Source: Microthyrium microscopicum (taxonomy: Eukaryota). From it: 64,000 nucleotides of DNA. Positions 40,707 to 54,611 of the stretch are shown here, in pieces. A program made the position numbers and the translations under genes. Every line of letters starts with the position of its first letter. The first letter of the stretch is position 1. The notes below the pieces were generated by a model. It was not told the origin of the DNA. It was given only the letters and a program-made list of their open reading frames with translations, and ran no database searches. The stretch spans positions 2,024,539 to 2,088,538 of the forward strand of contig MU004233.1 in NCBI GenBank assembly GCA_010405405.1, read 5' to 3'.

Positions 40707-41047
40707 TCCGTCTTAACAAGGGTGGGGAGGGACAGGAAAGAGGGAACATGCGTCGTGCGTAGATGACGAGGAGAATGAGAGTGAAGGTACGAAGCCGGTC
40801 AAAGGCAAGTTATCATGCGATAAAAAGCAAGTGTAAAAGAAAAGTCCAGATGTCGAGATGCGCAAAGCCTCCGTGAAGTTGGTGTCTTGAAAGGAGGGCC
40901 TAAAAGGGAAGGCGCAGCAGCCGGGGGACCCCTGTCTGATCTCGTGCTAACGACATCATCGCGCCGTCGCGTTTTCTTCAAGGAAACCTTACGATCTAAA
41001 GCTGCAACTTCAACTTTTTCCCATGGGACCTATACAAATCGATAGCT
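40707..41047. promoter_or_regulatory. Short divergent (probably bidirectional) promoter between ERD1 and the CSC1-like gene
   Basis: Only 341 bp separate the two head-to-head start codons. Confidence 0.55.
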
Positions 41048-43775
41048 ATGGCACACGGCTTCTGGGCCCTCAGCGACGATGATAACTATCGAAAACGTAT
41101 AATCGGCGACCCCAAAGACACTGTTTTCCAGATTCTGCTCTCCCTGCTCATCGGAACCAGTGCCTTTCTCGGCTTTTGCGCAAGTTCTCAACATTCTACT
41201 AAATATATTCTCGCTAACAACAAGAGTAGGTTCTTCGACCGCGATGGCCATCCTTATATGCTGCTAGAAAACGCACGAGAGATGAGGCCGAAGTCCTCCC
41301 TGACCTTCCGCCGTCCTTGTTTGGCTGGATACCTGCACTATGGAGAGTGTCAGAGGAACAGGTCCTCGCGTCTGCCGGCTTGGACGCTTTTGTGGTGCGT
41401 CTAAGAGAAGCAATTATAAACATAAAGCTGATGATGACAGTTCCTCGCTTTCTTCAAAATGGCTATCAAATACCTTGCGGTTGCGCTGTTCTTCTCCTTG
41501 GTAGTCATAAAACCTGTTCACGATTCATACCCGGAACATGATAAGAAACAACCGCATAACTCAACACTTTTAGTCTCACAGGTTCCAGGATCTACTAGAG
41601 ACCAAATGATGCATCTTATGAAGAAGCAACTTGTGGTACCTGGTGTAGATCAAGTTGATTACCTCTGGATGTACCTTGTTTTCGTTTACTTTTTCACCGG
41701 AGTCGCACTATATCTTATTATCGGAGAGTCCAAAAAGATCATCGAAATCCGGCAAGCATATCTGGGAGATCAATCTACAGTTACAGATCGTACCATTCGA
41801 CTTTACGGGATCCCAGAAGACCTTCGATCGGAATCCAAAATCAAAGAATTCATAGAGTATCTGGAGATTGGCAAAGTTGAGAGTGTTACTTTGATTCGGG
41901 ATTGGAAAATGCTGGACAAGTCAGTTGAAGACAGAGGCACTGTTTTGGAGAAGCTTGAGCGAGCCATGGTAGAATATGCGCATCGATTGAAAGAGCAGCG
42001 ACACATGGAAAGTCCCGTTCCGAGCACAATAGCAAGTCCTTTGAGCGACGATGAAAGCGCCCGGCTATTGGAAGAAGCCACTGCCAGCGGACATGAGTTT
42101 GGGGATAAATCGAGGCCTCAGAAACGGATATGGCATGGTCGATTGAACTTGCAACACAAAAAGGTCGATGCCATCGACTACTATGAAGAAAAGCTCAGAC
42201 AACTGGATGAAGAGATATCAACTATGCGAAAGAAAGAGTTCCCAGCCAAACCACTTGCTTTTGTGACTATGGACAGTATCGCTTCTTGTGTAAGTTCTCC
42301 GGCATCATCAATGGACGTTACTAATAGGCGATAGCAAATGGCAGTACAGGCAGTACTAGATTCCGCTCCCCTTCAACTCATTGCCACTTCAAGTCCTTCA
42401 CCAGTAGATATTGACTGGAAGAACACCTATATGCCACGGAAACAGGCGTTGTTTCGGTCTTGGTCTGTGACTGGTCTCATTGGTCTCTTGACTGTCTTTT
42501 GGTCGGCTACTCTCCTTCCAATTGCTGGTCTGATTGACCTTGACCGTATCCATTCTATCTGGCCACAACTCGCCGACTTCTTGTCAGCTTATCCTTTAGC
42601 AGCGTCTTTGATTCAGACACAATTGCCGACAATAGTGATATCGCTTCTCACGATCGCAGTACCTTATCTCTACTCATGTGAGTTGAAAAGGATCCATTGC
42701 TGAGGAATATGCTAATACCAACAGGGCTTGCATATCAACAAGCGATGATTTCGCATGGCGATGTTGAGCTTTCTGTTATCTCGAAGAACTTCTTTTTCAC
42801 GTTCTTCAATCTCTTTATTGTTTTTACTGTTTTGGGAACCGCATCTCTCACAAATCTGGAGGACTTTGGTAGCCAGCCGTTACGTGACACGGCTAACAAC
42901 CTGGCCACTTCACTTCAGGACCTCCGAAATTTCTACGTCAACTACATAATCTTGCAAGCACTTGGTCTTTTCCCACTTCGTCTTCTGGAGTTTGGCAGCG
43001 TATCACTATACCCCTTCGGGCTTCTAGCAGCCAAAACTCCTCGAGGTATGAGCTTTCAGACTTATATCATTTTATACATGAGCTAACAGATACGCAGAGC
43101 ATGAAAAACTAAAGGAGCCCCCGACATTCAGCTACGGCTTCTTTCTCCCCCAAACTCTCCTAATCTTCCTAATCTGCATCGTCTACAGCGTCCTTCGTGG
43201 TTCTTGGCAAATCCTCCTCCCCGGCCTAGCCTACTTCCTAATTGGCTACTTCGTCTACAAATACCAGCTCCTCTACGCTATGGACCACCAGCAACACTCT
43301 ACTGGAAAGAGCTGGGTAATCATAGTCGATCGCATCATAGTCGGCCTCATCGTCTTCCAAATCACTGTCGCTGGCCAACTAGCTCTCCGTGGTGCCCTTA
43401 GGAGGTCTGCTGCCGTGGCGCCTCTGGCGATTCTTACGCTGTGGTTCGGCTATGTGTACAGCCAGAGCTATAAGCCGCTTATGACGTATATTGCGCTCAA
43501 GAGCATAAGGCGGGCGGAGCATAGGGATGAAGAGGAGTCGGAGGTGTCACAGATTAATTTGGCGTCGAGGAATAGGAGGTCTGTTGATGAGGTTAGGGAG
43601 AAGGGGATGCATTTTGTGAATCCAAGTTTGACGACTCCGTAAGTTATTTTTCTTTCACATGTTTTGTGATTGATACTAATATTGAATTAGTCTGGAGCCA
43701 CCATGGATATCGGGAAAGCGTCCACGAAATGGAAGTAGTCGTGATACATCTTCTGATCGCTCTGGGGAAGTGTAA
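41048..43775 (+). CDS. CSC1/OSCA/TMEM63 (DUF221) calcium-permeable stress-gated cation channel
   Basis: FCVLRPRW, LASAGLDAFVFL, YLWMYLVFVY, DAIDYYEEKL, LAFVTMDS, SPVDIDWKN, SVISKNFFFTFFN, FSYGFFLPQ, YKYQLLYAMDHQQHSTG; six introns, the first GC-AG. Confidence 0.93.
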
Positions 43776-44263
43776 AGCGTTAATGATGCTTTCTTTGGCG
43801 ATGCGTTCATGTTGATAGACGTTCAATAATTCATTTCTAGTTCATACAGAATGGTGATAATACATACCCCTTATCATTGAAATCTGTTTGTGGATAGCTT
43901 GGTGCTAGCAACTGTCTACAGCATGTGTTTGTTTGCTGATGGTAGACCTTGTTTCTCACTAGATTCGAACTGGTCTTCGCAGACGAGACAGACTGCAGAT
44001 GCGTACTAGAGTAGTATGCAAAATCCTGTTTCCTGACCCTTCATGTTGTCTCCATTCAACTGTTGTTCAACATTGAAAGCTGAAACGCCAAGAAGCATGG
44101 CTGACACTAGTAGGCTAGATTGGGGAATTCACTAGTGGGGTCGCTGCTCAGCCTGATGGAGAAGATGCATGATAGGCTCTGCATGCATAAAGACAGGCAC
44201 CGCCCACAGTACAGTAGGCAACTCTCAGACTAGAATGCTGGAACTTGCAACATATCTCTCGAA

Positions 44264-46809
44264 ATGCAAGGACATAAAGTACCCTTCACTGAGCCGGACA
44301 GTATTGAGCTGCCTCACAGGAATGAGGTACTGCACGGATGTCCAGAGCTCTTTCAGCCTGATGCCCAGCAGAAGGTGAAGCAGAGCGACAACCAGGTCAC
44401 AATTCTCCCACCAAACACTGCGACACAATTCCGATCAGCTCGCGTCGACGAGTGTACGTGGGAGAAGTATAAAGTCGATATTGTAAGAGAATTCACGGCC
44501 GGAGGTCAACGTGGTCGCGGTGTTGCCCAAGCTCTGCAGTGGATCAGGACAGACGACGAAACCAGAGCGGAAGACTTCTTACCAACGTGAGTATTAGGCC
44601 TTTTACTACGCTTCTTAGATCTTGTTAGTCGCTAACGGCTACGGACTTAGACGAGCCCAGCTCAGTCGGAAGATCAAGAAATGGACCGACATGCAGGCTG
44701 CAGCCGAACTATTACGAAATGACAGCCAAAGCGAAGATCGGCACGACAGACAGGAAGTTGAGCATCAGGATAGCCATGAAGATGAGAGTCAAAATAAAGA
44801 ACGGCAGGAGAGACACGAAGCCGAGCATCAGGACGGCCCTGAAGATGAGCCTGAAAATAGACACGAGGTGGAGTCAGGGCCGGAATGCTCTATAGAAACT
44901 CGTGGAAACGAAAACTATCAGCCAACTTGGGATGAGGATATAGAGTTGGTCTTAGGACTTGAGTACCCGTGAGTCCAAAATCATTCGATGCTCCCTTCGA
45001 AACTAACGAACGACTTGTGCCAGTGAGCCAGACGTTCTGCTGGGCAAAAGAAAGAGCCCAGAAGCCAGTCCTGAAGACTATCCTACAGCAAAGAAGCATA
45101 AAATCAACGATCAGCTGGTACTGAATGACACAAAACCTCAACTCGACGCAAACGCGTCCTTTGACAGACCGGCTCTGCAAAAGCGCATTGCTGCCATTCT
45201 GCACGAGATCGGTATCACTTACGATCATAACTGGCACGACTGGGTGCAAAAGACTTTGAGCTGTCGATGGGCTTTGACTGAACAATATGTCTTTGATTTC
45301 GGAACCCGTCCAATTTTTTCAGACCTCCACTCGAATATCATTCGTCAAACCGCCGACTATTTCTTATGCTCCTCGAGTTCGAACCATGCCTTTCCGTTAT
45401 ATGTACTTTTATGGTGCTCCGAAGGTGATTCCTTCAACCATAAGGATATCAATTTGCTCATTCGCGCGTACTACGTTGCATCCAACACGGAGGATCAAAA
45501 TATCATCAAACGCCTTCTTGCCGCCCTGAAGACGTTTTCGAGCAATCAAAGAATATCCCGGCAGAATCGCTCACATCGATGGAGTCAAGACTTTTTATAT
45601 GCTCTGTCAATTAACGAGTCTACAAGCCACTCACTCGAAGATTACAAATCTCCTAACAAAGAAGCCCCAATGGTTCTCATTGATAAACTGAATGAGTTGC
45701 TGGAGATTGTAAAACAGCCCTACGACACTGGCGATGCCGACCGTGGACTTAATCTTCAAAGCCAATACATTGTCGCTATGATATTGAAACGAGCTCAGAT
45801 TGATCAGGTTGACGATACAGACTATGTCGGTCCAGCCTTTCCTAACGGGCGAAATGGCCGACGGGAGATAACACAACGAGCTCTAGAATACTACGGATAC
45901 ATGAGTGCTGAAATCATCTCGAAAGTGCCTGGACCTTTTGAAGTACGCTCTCCGAGTCCTTTGGGCATCATGGGATCAATAATTTCACCAAGTTTGCATC
46001 AGCCTTGGCTTCGGAAAAGTCTGCAGTGGTGTAAACTCTGCGTGGAAAACACATTTAACATGCCTATGGAGTGGGAAGTTCTTCTTGCGAAGCAAAAGCA
46101 CAACCCTGATGTCCTATCCACCATAAACTCAAGTGGATTGTTTTTCCTCCTTTGGACAAAATGGATCGATAGTCGACAAAAGAAAGGTTCCCTCGCTGCC
46201 AAAATCGAATGTCAAGCGAGCTCCGGCATATCCGAGACGGAGGTATTTAAGGTGATGGCTTACCTGCTTCTCTCTAAGGATGTGACCAGAAGGATACGGT
46301 CTGACCATGACATTTTGGTGCACAAGGGCCATCGAATCCTTAACCAAGCGAGAGAAGGCGCGAAATTTCTTTTAGATCTTCCAGACAAGCAACTGACGGA
46401 TATGTTTCTGTCGCAATTTTGTGTGCTTAGTGTTTCAAAAGAGTCCACGAAGCGACTGGAAGCCAGTATCTGTTTGGATCTGTTCCGTTCACATGTACAT
46501 GACTTGTCACGACACTCCCAAGCCGAGCCGAATCCAGAAACTAAGTATATTCCAACTCGCCGGGACACTTATGCACTGTCAATTATCAGCGTATCTCCCA
46601 CCCTTGCATCAACTCTGTCATCCTCCACTTTATCAACGCTACGGAGGCTGGCCCTTCGCCAATCCCAGGCCACGGTGAACTCGCTTTTTTCGAGGATATC
46701 TTGGCCCAGTCGAAGCACCATATCAATAGACCGGCTACCAGATGAGATGAGCTTGCTTACCACAGATAACAGATCTCTCGCGGAACACTCCAATAATTTT
46801 TATGGTTAG
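44264..46809 (+). CDS. Clr5-domain-like protein (large, otherwise unrecognised)
   Basis: WEKYKVDIVREF...ALQWIR...FLPT/RAQLSRKIKKW resembles the Clr5 domain pattern; introns ~44587-44650 and ~44969-45023 link all three ORFs in frame; acidic repeated linker. Confidence 0.65.
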
Positions 46810-47966
46810 ATCTCATATCATGTATGAACCATTTTATGTCAGATATGTAAATCAAATCTTAGTAATAAATCACTAAATTCCTGCCAACAGTGAGAGCCGA
46901 GATGAGATATTCCGATATTCCTAGGCTAGACCAAATCAGGGAATTGACCAGTTCAATACCCCTTTTCCATGTAAACAAACCCCTCTGCTAGGATAGCAAC
47001 CGCCAGAAGCATCGTCTCTCGATTAACAAGCTCAATTTCGCAGTCGTGTCCCAACTACCTTGGCTTGAATTCGGAATGAAAATCACCATATGCCTAAAAT
47101 ATGTTTTTAACGACCTTCCTCTCATGGCACGATATTTCTCGCATCACTCAACAAGTTTGATTTCTCACATCAGATCACGAACTCATACAAGGTATCGTTG
47201 ACGATCCCAACCACAATTTCAATTCAAGCCGACGCCAGTCTATCTATACGCACCACACCACTCCATTAATGAAAGAACACTTTCCGAGCCCCCCAGACCA
47301 AGCCGCACGCAATGGCACAAGTCCCGCTCTCGCGTAAACCCTGCCCACCCAGCGAACTCAAGCACAGTCCCCATTTCGACCCCGTGCCGCCCGCCCAAAC
47401 TACAAAAAGGAAGAAGAAAGCCCGCCGAATGCGCCATGAATGAGGACCGGTCTATGCCAACGCCGATAGGAGAGGAATCGAGAATGAACCCGGAAGCTGG
47501 CCCGGGGGAGAGGAGGCCCGGAAAAGTCCGTAGAGGCGTACTTTCAGCGTTCGTCAAAGCCAGGAAATTCAGGAGTTAGAGGAACATTGGCTGTTGACAA
47601 GGAATCGAATTAATCAAATCTAGGTGCCTGAGGAGGAAATAATGGAAGGGTATAGGACCGTAGAAAACAAGGAAGAAAAACAAGAATGGATGACGAGAGG
47701 GAAATAAGTCGTAGCAGATGGCGGAATTCGTGACTAGGTACCGCGTAATGGTTGCATAGCTTTTCGTGGCCGGGAGAAGAGAAAAGTCATTGCCGAACTT
47801 GGGTAGAGGATTGGCTGATGGTCGAGGATTTGTTGTAGGTTGTCGTGAATTTCAAACGAGTTCGCGCTGAGGAGGTGTAGCTCTGCGAATTCGTTACATA
47901 TGGCCACGCATTAGGGTGTTTTCAGAACGATGTTGCCAGATCGTCTTTTAGTTTTCGTCCAAGCTA

Positions 47967-49473
47967 CTATGGACGTGCTGATGACGATTGCTGAGCCAGA
48001 ACTTCGCGGGCATAGAATTCGACCAGCATCGTTCCGTAGGCTTCCATCTCTTCAAGAGGCACAGCCAACCGAAAGTCATTGAGAAGCAAAAATTGCAGTT
48101 CCAGATGATTCAACTCCGCCAGAGGAAGGCCGCCAACCTAGAATCAACGAGTTAGTCTATGTACTGACTATGTAACAAACGCAATTGACTGTATCACTAA
48201 CCTTTGCATATCTGGAATTTGTATAGAAAATATCAGAGAAGAACTTGCTTGCACAAGTCACACCAGCAATGACAAGTCTATGGACATTAAAACTATCTAC
48301 AACGAAAAAGTGTGACAGGTTCGCTGGTTCCTGCGCAGGAGAAGGGTATACTGGAATTGGTGGAGAAGGCGGCATAAGCGCGCTAGACGCTGTTATGGAT
48401 TGTTGTGGTTTCCCAAATGATCCCGAGGATGGTGGTGTGTGTTGTGGAATGCTCCGCGGCTCCGTGGCAATGGCCGAACTCCTTAGTTCGGTTGGTACAA
48501 CCGCAGAGGCAGCAGAAAATGAATTCCTCTCCAAGGATATTTGGTTTGCCTGTCGGAGGCTCTGCATTGGCCCAGAATTGACGCGCTCAGTCATTCGATC
48601 AAAATATACCAATAGACTCAGGAATACTTCGTATGTCGTTGGGCAATATTTGTGAATCCGGCTCAAATAGCTCAAAATGGAGATGCTGGGCACATTTTTA
48701 CCGTGAAATGCCAGTACACTTGTTGCCTGTTGATTCAGATTTCGCTCATCCGCTGATTGAGAGGAATTATGAAGATATTCATGCTGTCTGTCATTGGTAC
48801 TTGTGATTTTTGTGAGTAATCCGGCAACCATCTCGATGATTTCTGCTACGGGCATTTCTGAAATCTCATATTGTGGAGACAGATCGCGCCCACCAGATGA
48901 AGCAATCCTAGATGTCGACCTGGAGGGCGAAAGTGGGTTCGCATCGTCTATAACGAAACTTTGAATATGTGACAAGCTTTTAACTTTTATCCGGGGCGGT
49001 GAAGGAGGAGATGGGTATGAATTGGGACTTTGTGTTTGTGCGGATCGGATCGGAGAGTTTTGTAAAGATGATGTGACGCTAGAGGAATGTACTCCTCTTA
49101 GGCTGGCAGAGGGCGGATGAGACTGAGCATGTACTGGGGAGGCTTGTACAGAAGGCTCGGTTTTTAATGCTGGAACTGGATTGACCCGAGTAGCAGGTTG
49201 TGATGCGCCGGCACCATGGAAAGCAATCTCTCGTGTTCCCGCTTGAAATGTGTGGCGAGTGGCAGCGACCGGTCTCTCGGGCTGTGTAGGAGCTGGGAAT
49301 ACGTCGGTCATTGGAGTATCGTCCTGGTTCATAGGTCGGACAGTAGAGGCAGATGAAGATGAGTCGGTCTGAGTAGCGCGTAGGGGAGCGGATCGGTGAG
49401 GTGCTTGGTGAGGATTCTGATCTCCTCCCATTGTGTGAGGGAAGGCGTGCCGCACTTCCACAATCGAACCCAT
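47967..49473 (-). CDS. Pho85 cyclin (Pcl6/Pcl7/Pho80-like)
   Basis: AFHGKNVPSISILSYLSRIHKYCP, SLLVYFDRM, NVHRLVIAGVTCASKFFSDIFYTNSRYAK/VGGLPLAELNHLELQFLLLNDFRL; intron 48139-48200. Confidence 0.93.
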
Positions 49474-50344
49474 TCCAGCGTGTCAAGTATCTAACAAGTA
49501 GCGACAGTACCTAGAAGATGAAAATTTAGGTTAGGTACAATGCAATGATTGGGCGATAAACGGCAGGCGGGTTGGACAACCAAGGCACTTGTGAACAGAG
49601 AACGTTTGAGGTTGCGCATACATCACAGGTTAATAACAATGACAACAAGATGATGACAACCAGAATACAGGACAGGCGAGCCGGCGCAGACAGCTAGAAT
49701 TATCTAAGACCAAAAACAGGAAATAATAAAAGGCTAGAAGCAATACACAAGGCCGGACATGGTGTAAAAAGGGGAAATAAGTGGTGGCAGAGGCTACGAT
49801 TGAGGTTGGGGGAGGCACTGATAAGGAACTGCAGACGCGTGGAGCAACATGGTGGATAGCGGGCGGATTGAATGGGAGAAGACATACCTGAAACTATCAT
49901 GATAGACAGTCAGAGCAGCGAGCCTGAGCAATAACGGGGAGTAGTTATTGGGGCGCGCAAAGGGCGTTGTTTTGGCTCCTGGATGGCAATGGGAGGGGAA
50001 GATGGTTGTAGATGGGAGAAATGGAGATAGTTGCGACCGACAGTGGATTGGTGGTGTTTCTTTGGTTGGCAGGCAGGCAGGCAAGCAGGGCAGGAGCGAC
50101 TCCAGTCGTTGGCTTGGCCTGTTGCCAGTTGGGGAGAGAACATTCAACAAAAGGGAAGGAATCAAGGATCAAGCCCGCGCTGACGTTCCGGTCTTGGCAA
50201 CAACGCCAAATGCAGCTTCCTTGCGCGGGAGGGTACTTGCCACGGCCATGCTAATTGGGCAGCTACGACGTGGGAGACCAGGGTTTCCGAGTGGCAGGAG
50301 CACTAGGCGCTCCAGGTGGGACCACCGTGGGTGTCGACAATGTA

Positions 50345-50580
50345 CACCCGTTTGCGAAAAGTGATGAGCGCCGACACTCCCCCATGTATGTCAGTTTTTA
50401 CAGACTTGCACCAATCACACGCAGAATAGCCTATGTTAGAAATTGGTTAGCATTGACTTAGCGTTCCAAATACTCCATTTCACGGCTATTCAAGCTATGA
50501 TTCGTTGAAATTGATCGAGTTTCCTGAAAAGTAGTAGGAGGGGGGGTGTCTAGGCGCTCATCACTTTTCGCAAACGGGTG
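50345..50580. mobile_element. MITE (Tc1/mariner-type non-autonomous element), 236 bp
   Basis: Perfect 28-bp TIR cacccgtttgcgaaaagtgatgagcgcc extending imperfectly into gacac+poly-C; TA on both sides; no ORF. Confidence 0.88.
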
Positions 50581-52012
50581 TACAATGTACAAGGTTGATA
50601 ATGTACGCATAGGCAATATGAGGTCAAAGTAACAGGGCAATGATAGAGATGCAATCATACAACATACAACAATAAAATTATCCTACTCGGTATTCTTAAC
50701 CTTTTGTATAGGATCTGGTTACAATAGTGGAGATACTGCAGAGCGTGGGGTGCATAGATATTCTTTATACCATCAAAACTCCATACTGCCACAGTACCTT
50801 TTTATATATCTACTAACTATACTATTCACAGCTCTTATACTCATCCTTTATAGTAGTGCATATCTTCAAACTATTTCCGCCCCTGCCAAAGCTAGAAGGG
50901 ATCCAGCTGCCAAATCATACGGTTGTTCCCGACTCCATCTCCACCACAATTCCAACCCACACCTCTCCAGACCTTCCACCCATACAAATAATCTCGCAAT
51001 ATCAAATATCGCCCTTTGCATTATCTGCCACATTATCCTTCGCCCCGTTTCAATCATTTGATCTCACATCACCGCCCTGCCAAATGAAAATGCCAACATT
51101 TGCCATGAATCATCGTCCACCATGCCCTACATTACATAGCAATGCATGCAACCCTCTAAACCCTCTACGGATTGAAGCGTGGCAGGTTGATCATCTCATG
51201 TCATTGGTTAATTGCCGCGAATCCTGACCATTTTAACCCACACCGCTTATTATCAGACCGGGGAGGATGGGTTAGGATTTTGATAGGTGTTGTTTGTTGG
51301 GAAGAGATATGGTTCCAGGCAATTATTGGTTCTTGAATATCTTTTGAAGTTGGCTTTTATATACTGTAAGAAGTACTGTTCTCTCTAACTGTATTGAATA
51401 TTTGTGAAATCTCTCACGAATGGTCATTTTAGATCCACAGCTGACAACATCAATGTCTTCACCTAGCACAGGATCTGATTTCAAGGTCACAGAGAGGAAT
51501 TACTCCAGTAGGCGGTAGCTAGAGCAAATAGATGGTACCTTTCATAAACCAGTACGCGCTCTTCCAATCCAACAATCAGGCAAATCATTATCACTTGGCA
51601 CAGCATGATACAGCATATCGTGTTCGTTGGCTTATCATTGGTACAGCCAGCATTCAATCAAATCGACTGGACAGTCATCCCATGAAGCATAGGCATCCGT
51701 GCGTTCCGTATTCATCGATCAACCCACGTTGTGAAATATCAAGTTTAAATTACCCTGCATCTAAAGCTCCGAGCCGTTCCGGATATCAAGATACATCGGA
51801 CGCTCGGACTACATATAATGTCCTACAGAGCCTCATTTTCCCCAGCTGGCGATAAGCAGAGCGATTTGATCTACATATTGGTCTTGATCTGCGGGATGCT
51901 TTAACATCGTTTTCACGGTCCATGTTGAGACATACACAAGGCGATGTCTTTAAAACTTGTTTTTCTTTCTTTCTTGTCAAGTTCTACTTCTCTTCGCAAA
52001 CGTAAACCGTGC

Positions 52013-52910
52013 TCATGTTCGTCCTGGGCCAGAGTATCCGTTGTCTGGTAGATACAAATGTCTCTGCGCACCCTTTGCTGTCAACACCACCATGCGGATC
52101 ACACCACCCGAGCTACCGTCCCACTTAATGGCCTCCCGTAGTGCTCCTTTGACGAATTCGATGCCGTCTGCTTCGCTCATATCCTCCTCCCAGTTATCAT
52201 CGCAGAAGCCGTAGATGTATGTGGATCCAGATCCTGCAATAGCATATGATTGTTTGTGGAGAGAGCCACCGAGGGGAATGGAATAGACTTGGCCGCCGTT
52301 TCGCTTGTCGTAACCAGCAATGATGATGCCCGCACTAAAATTCATACATTAGCGTTTTGATACCAAACCTTCCTTTCAGCAACGTTCCTACCTCAGCTGA
52401 TCTTTGTTGCCGTAGCAGATGTCTTGGAAGATTGCGGCGGCGGTCTGTGTGGTTGGTGGTTGATCGTTCGTGGTGGCATACATGCCCAGATAGTACTGAA
52501 CAATGTCCGCTACGGCCTGGGTATCGGCTGCGGAGCCCGATCGACAGCACCAGATGGTATCGGATACTTGTGTGAGCTTGTCGGTGACACGATTTGCAAT
52601 GTATGCACCGGTTGTCGTTCGACTATCGGCGCCTAATATCACACCGTCGCGAAAGTTTATCGCCATGCTGTGAAGAGGAGATGCGGTTAGATTCGATTGC
52701 GAGGGGTATGGGGCATGAGAAGTACATTGAAGTTCCTAGACTGGAGATTGTCAGCTGTTGGAAACGAGTAGAACATTTACAAGAAACTCACTTGACCTCT
52801 CCCTTCTTCAAGTGATTCATGTCGACGTGAATGCCATCTGGATATATTAGTTGATGTTCTGGCTGAGGTGAGGGTAGTGTACCTTCTCCGAGCATGCCAG
52901 TGTTCTGCAT
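52013..52910 (-). CDS. PRE3: 20S proteasome beta-1 subunit
   Basis: [91 protein letters not shown]; four introns, 15-nt microexon at 52726-52740. Confidence 0.97.
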
Positions 52911-53481
52911 GATAGCGACAATGTAGACAGTACAATGGGCGGATTCAAAGATGATGGATGATCAGTGTCTTCTGCTAAGCTCGAAAGGCTGAATCGATGA
53001 AGGGGATTGGCAATTAGCGGAGTGATAAAATCAGTAGATGCGAGCAACAGGCAGAGCTAGACGCGCACGTTGACGATGTTGGAGCTCTGCTGCTCTACCC
53101 ACTAGCTTCCGCTCTGACCATGTCGGCCCGATTCCACTCCGCTGAGATATGGAGGAAGAACTAGTCCTAAAGAAGACTAAGCTCTACTCCTTCCTCGTTC
53201 GTCTCGTCTGGAGCTCAAGCTTCCAGCCTTCACTCTTCAGTACTGATAATAGCGTTCATACATACATACAACCCCTCAATACGTGTTCACTTGTTCCTAG
53301 TGTCAGCAGTCAAATATTCCGGTGTAGAACCTGACAGGTTGTCTTTCACAGCCTCTGAGATAGTGGCTGCCTAGTAACTCCTGCCGCGAACTTCTTCTCC
53401 ATAGGTCCCCGTCTTTGAAGAGCTGATAAAGGTGCGTCTGTGTCCTACAACTCTGTGCAACCCCACGACTTAATTCTAATC

Positions 53482-54611
53482 ATGTCTAGAAAACGATCAG
53501 CCAAAATCTTCAAGCTGCGTTCACGCGAGACTCAAGGGACTTCGAGTTCCGCCAGCTCAATAGCCTCTGACGACGAGCCAACCACCATGTCCGGCCCAAC
53601 TTATCTCCAGACTATGGTACAATGGCTACGTGCACCAGCCTTACTCTCTACGGGCATCGCAGTCCTTGCAAGTGGTCTATTATATTTCAAGCAAAAGTAG
53701 GTACCTCCAATATGGTTAACTAAGTATCAGGCTGACATTTGATAGTGATGTTATCTATCCACGAAACATACCAGAAAATGCGCGGACGGAGGTACCAAAG
53801 CCACATCAGTTCAAAATCGAGCATTCTGAAGAACTGTCACTCAGAACACCCGATGAAGTGAATCTACATGCCTTCCTAATCAGGCCGAATGCGCAACATG
53901 CGCGCAACATCACTATCATATCGTTTCACGGAAATGCTGGCAATATCGGACATCGTCTACCCATCGCCAAAGTGCTCTCCGAGGACCTTGGTTGTAATGT
54001 GCTCTTTGTTGAATACCGTGGCTATGGCTATTCGTCTGGAGAACCTAATGAGAAAGGTCTTGGTATCGATGCGCAGACCGCGCTCGATTATGTCCGAAAT
54101 CGCAAAGACCTCCGCGATACTAAGATCATCATCTACGGTCAGAGTCTGGGAGGTGCTGTAGCCATTGGATTAGTGGGCAAGAACCAGAGCCAAGGTGATA
54201 TCGCGGGTCTGATACTCGAGAATACCTTCATGAGCATAAGAACTCTTATTCCCAGGTATGTATCTCTTCTCTATGGTTTAAAATGGTCCAATGGCTAATT
54301 CTCACAGTGTACTGCCACCAGCAAAGTACTTAACCCTGCTCTGCCATCAACTTTGGCCTAGTAACGATGTGATTCCTACCATCAAAAAAGTTCCTATCCT
54401 ATTTTTGAGTGGTTTACAAGATGAAATCGTTCCAGCTTCACATATGAAGGGTCTGTACGACGCATGCGTTGCTGAAAAGAAGATCTGGAAGGCATTTCCT
54501 GAGGGCAGTCATAACGACACTATTGCGGAGCCTGGCTACTTTGACGCTATTGAAGATTTCATTGTTAATGAAGTTCTTGATGAAGGTGAAAAATCGAAAA
54601 GTGCGCTCTGA
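53482..54611 (+). CDS. BEM46: Bem46/ABHD13-family alpha/beta hydrolase
   Basis: TM segment then LYFKQ/..IYP, FHGNAGNIGHRLPIA, EYRGYG, YGQSLGGAV (Ser), LENTF, GLQDEIVP (Asp), GSHNDT (His); two introns. Start at 53482 or a downstream Met. Confidence 0.93.
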
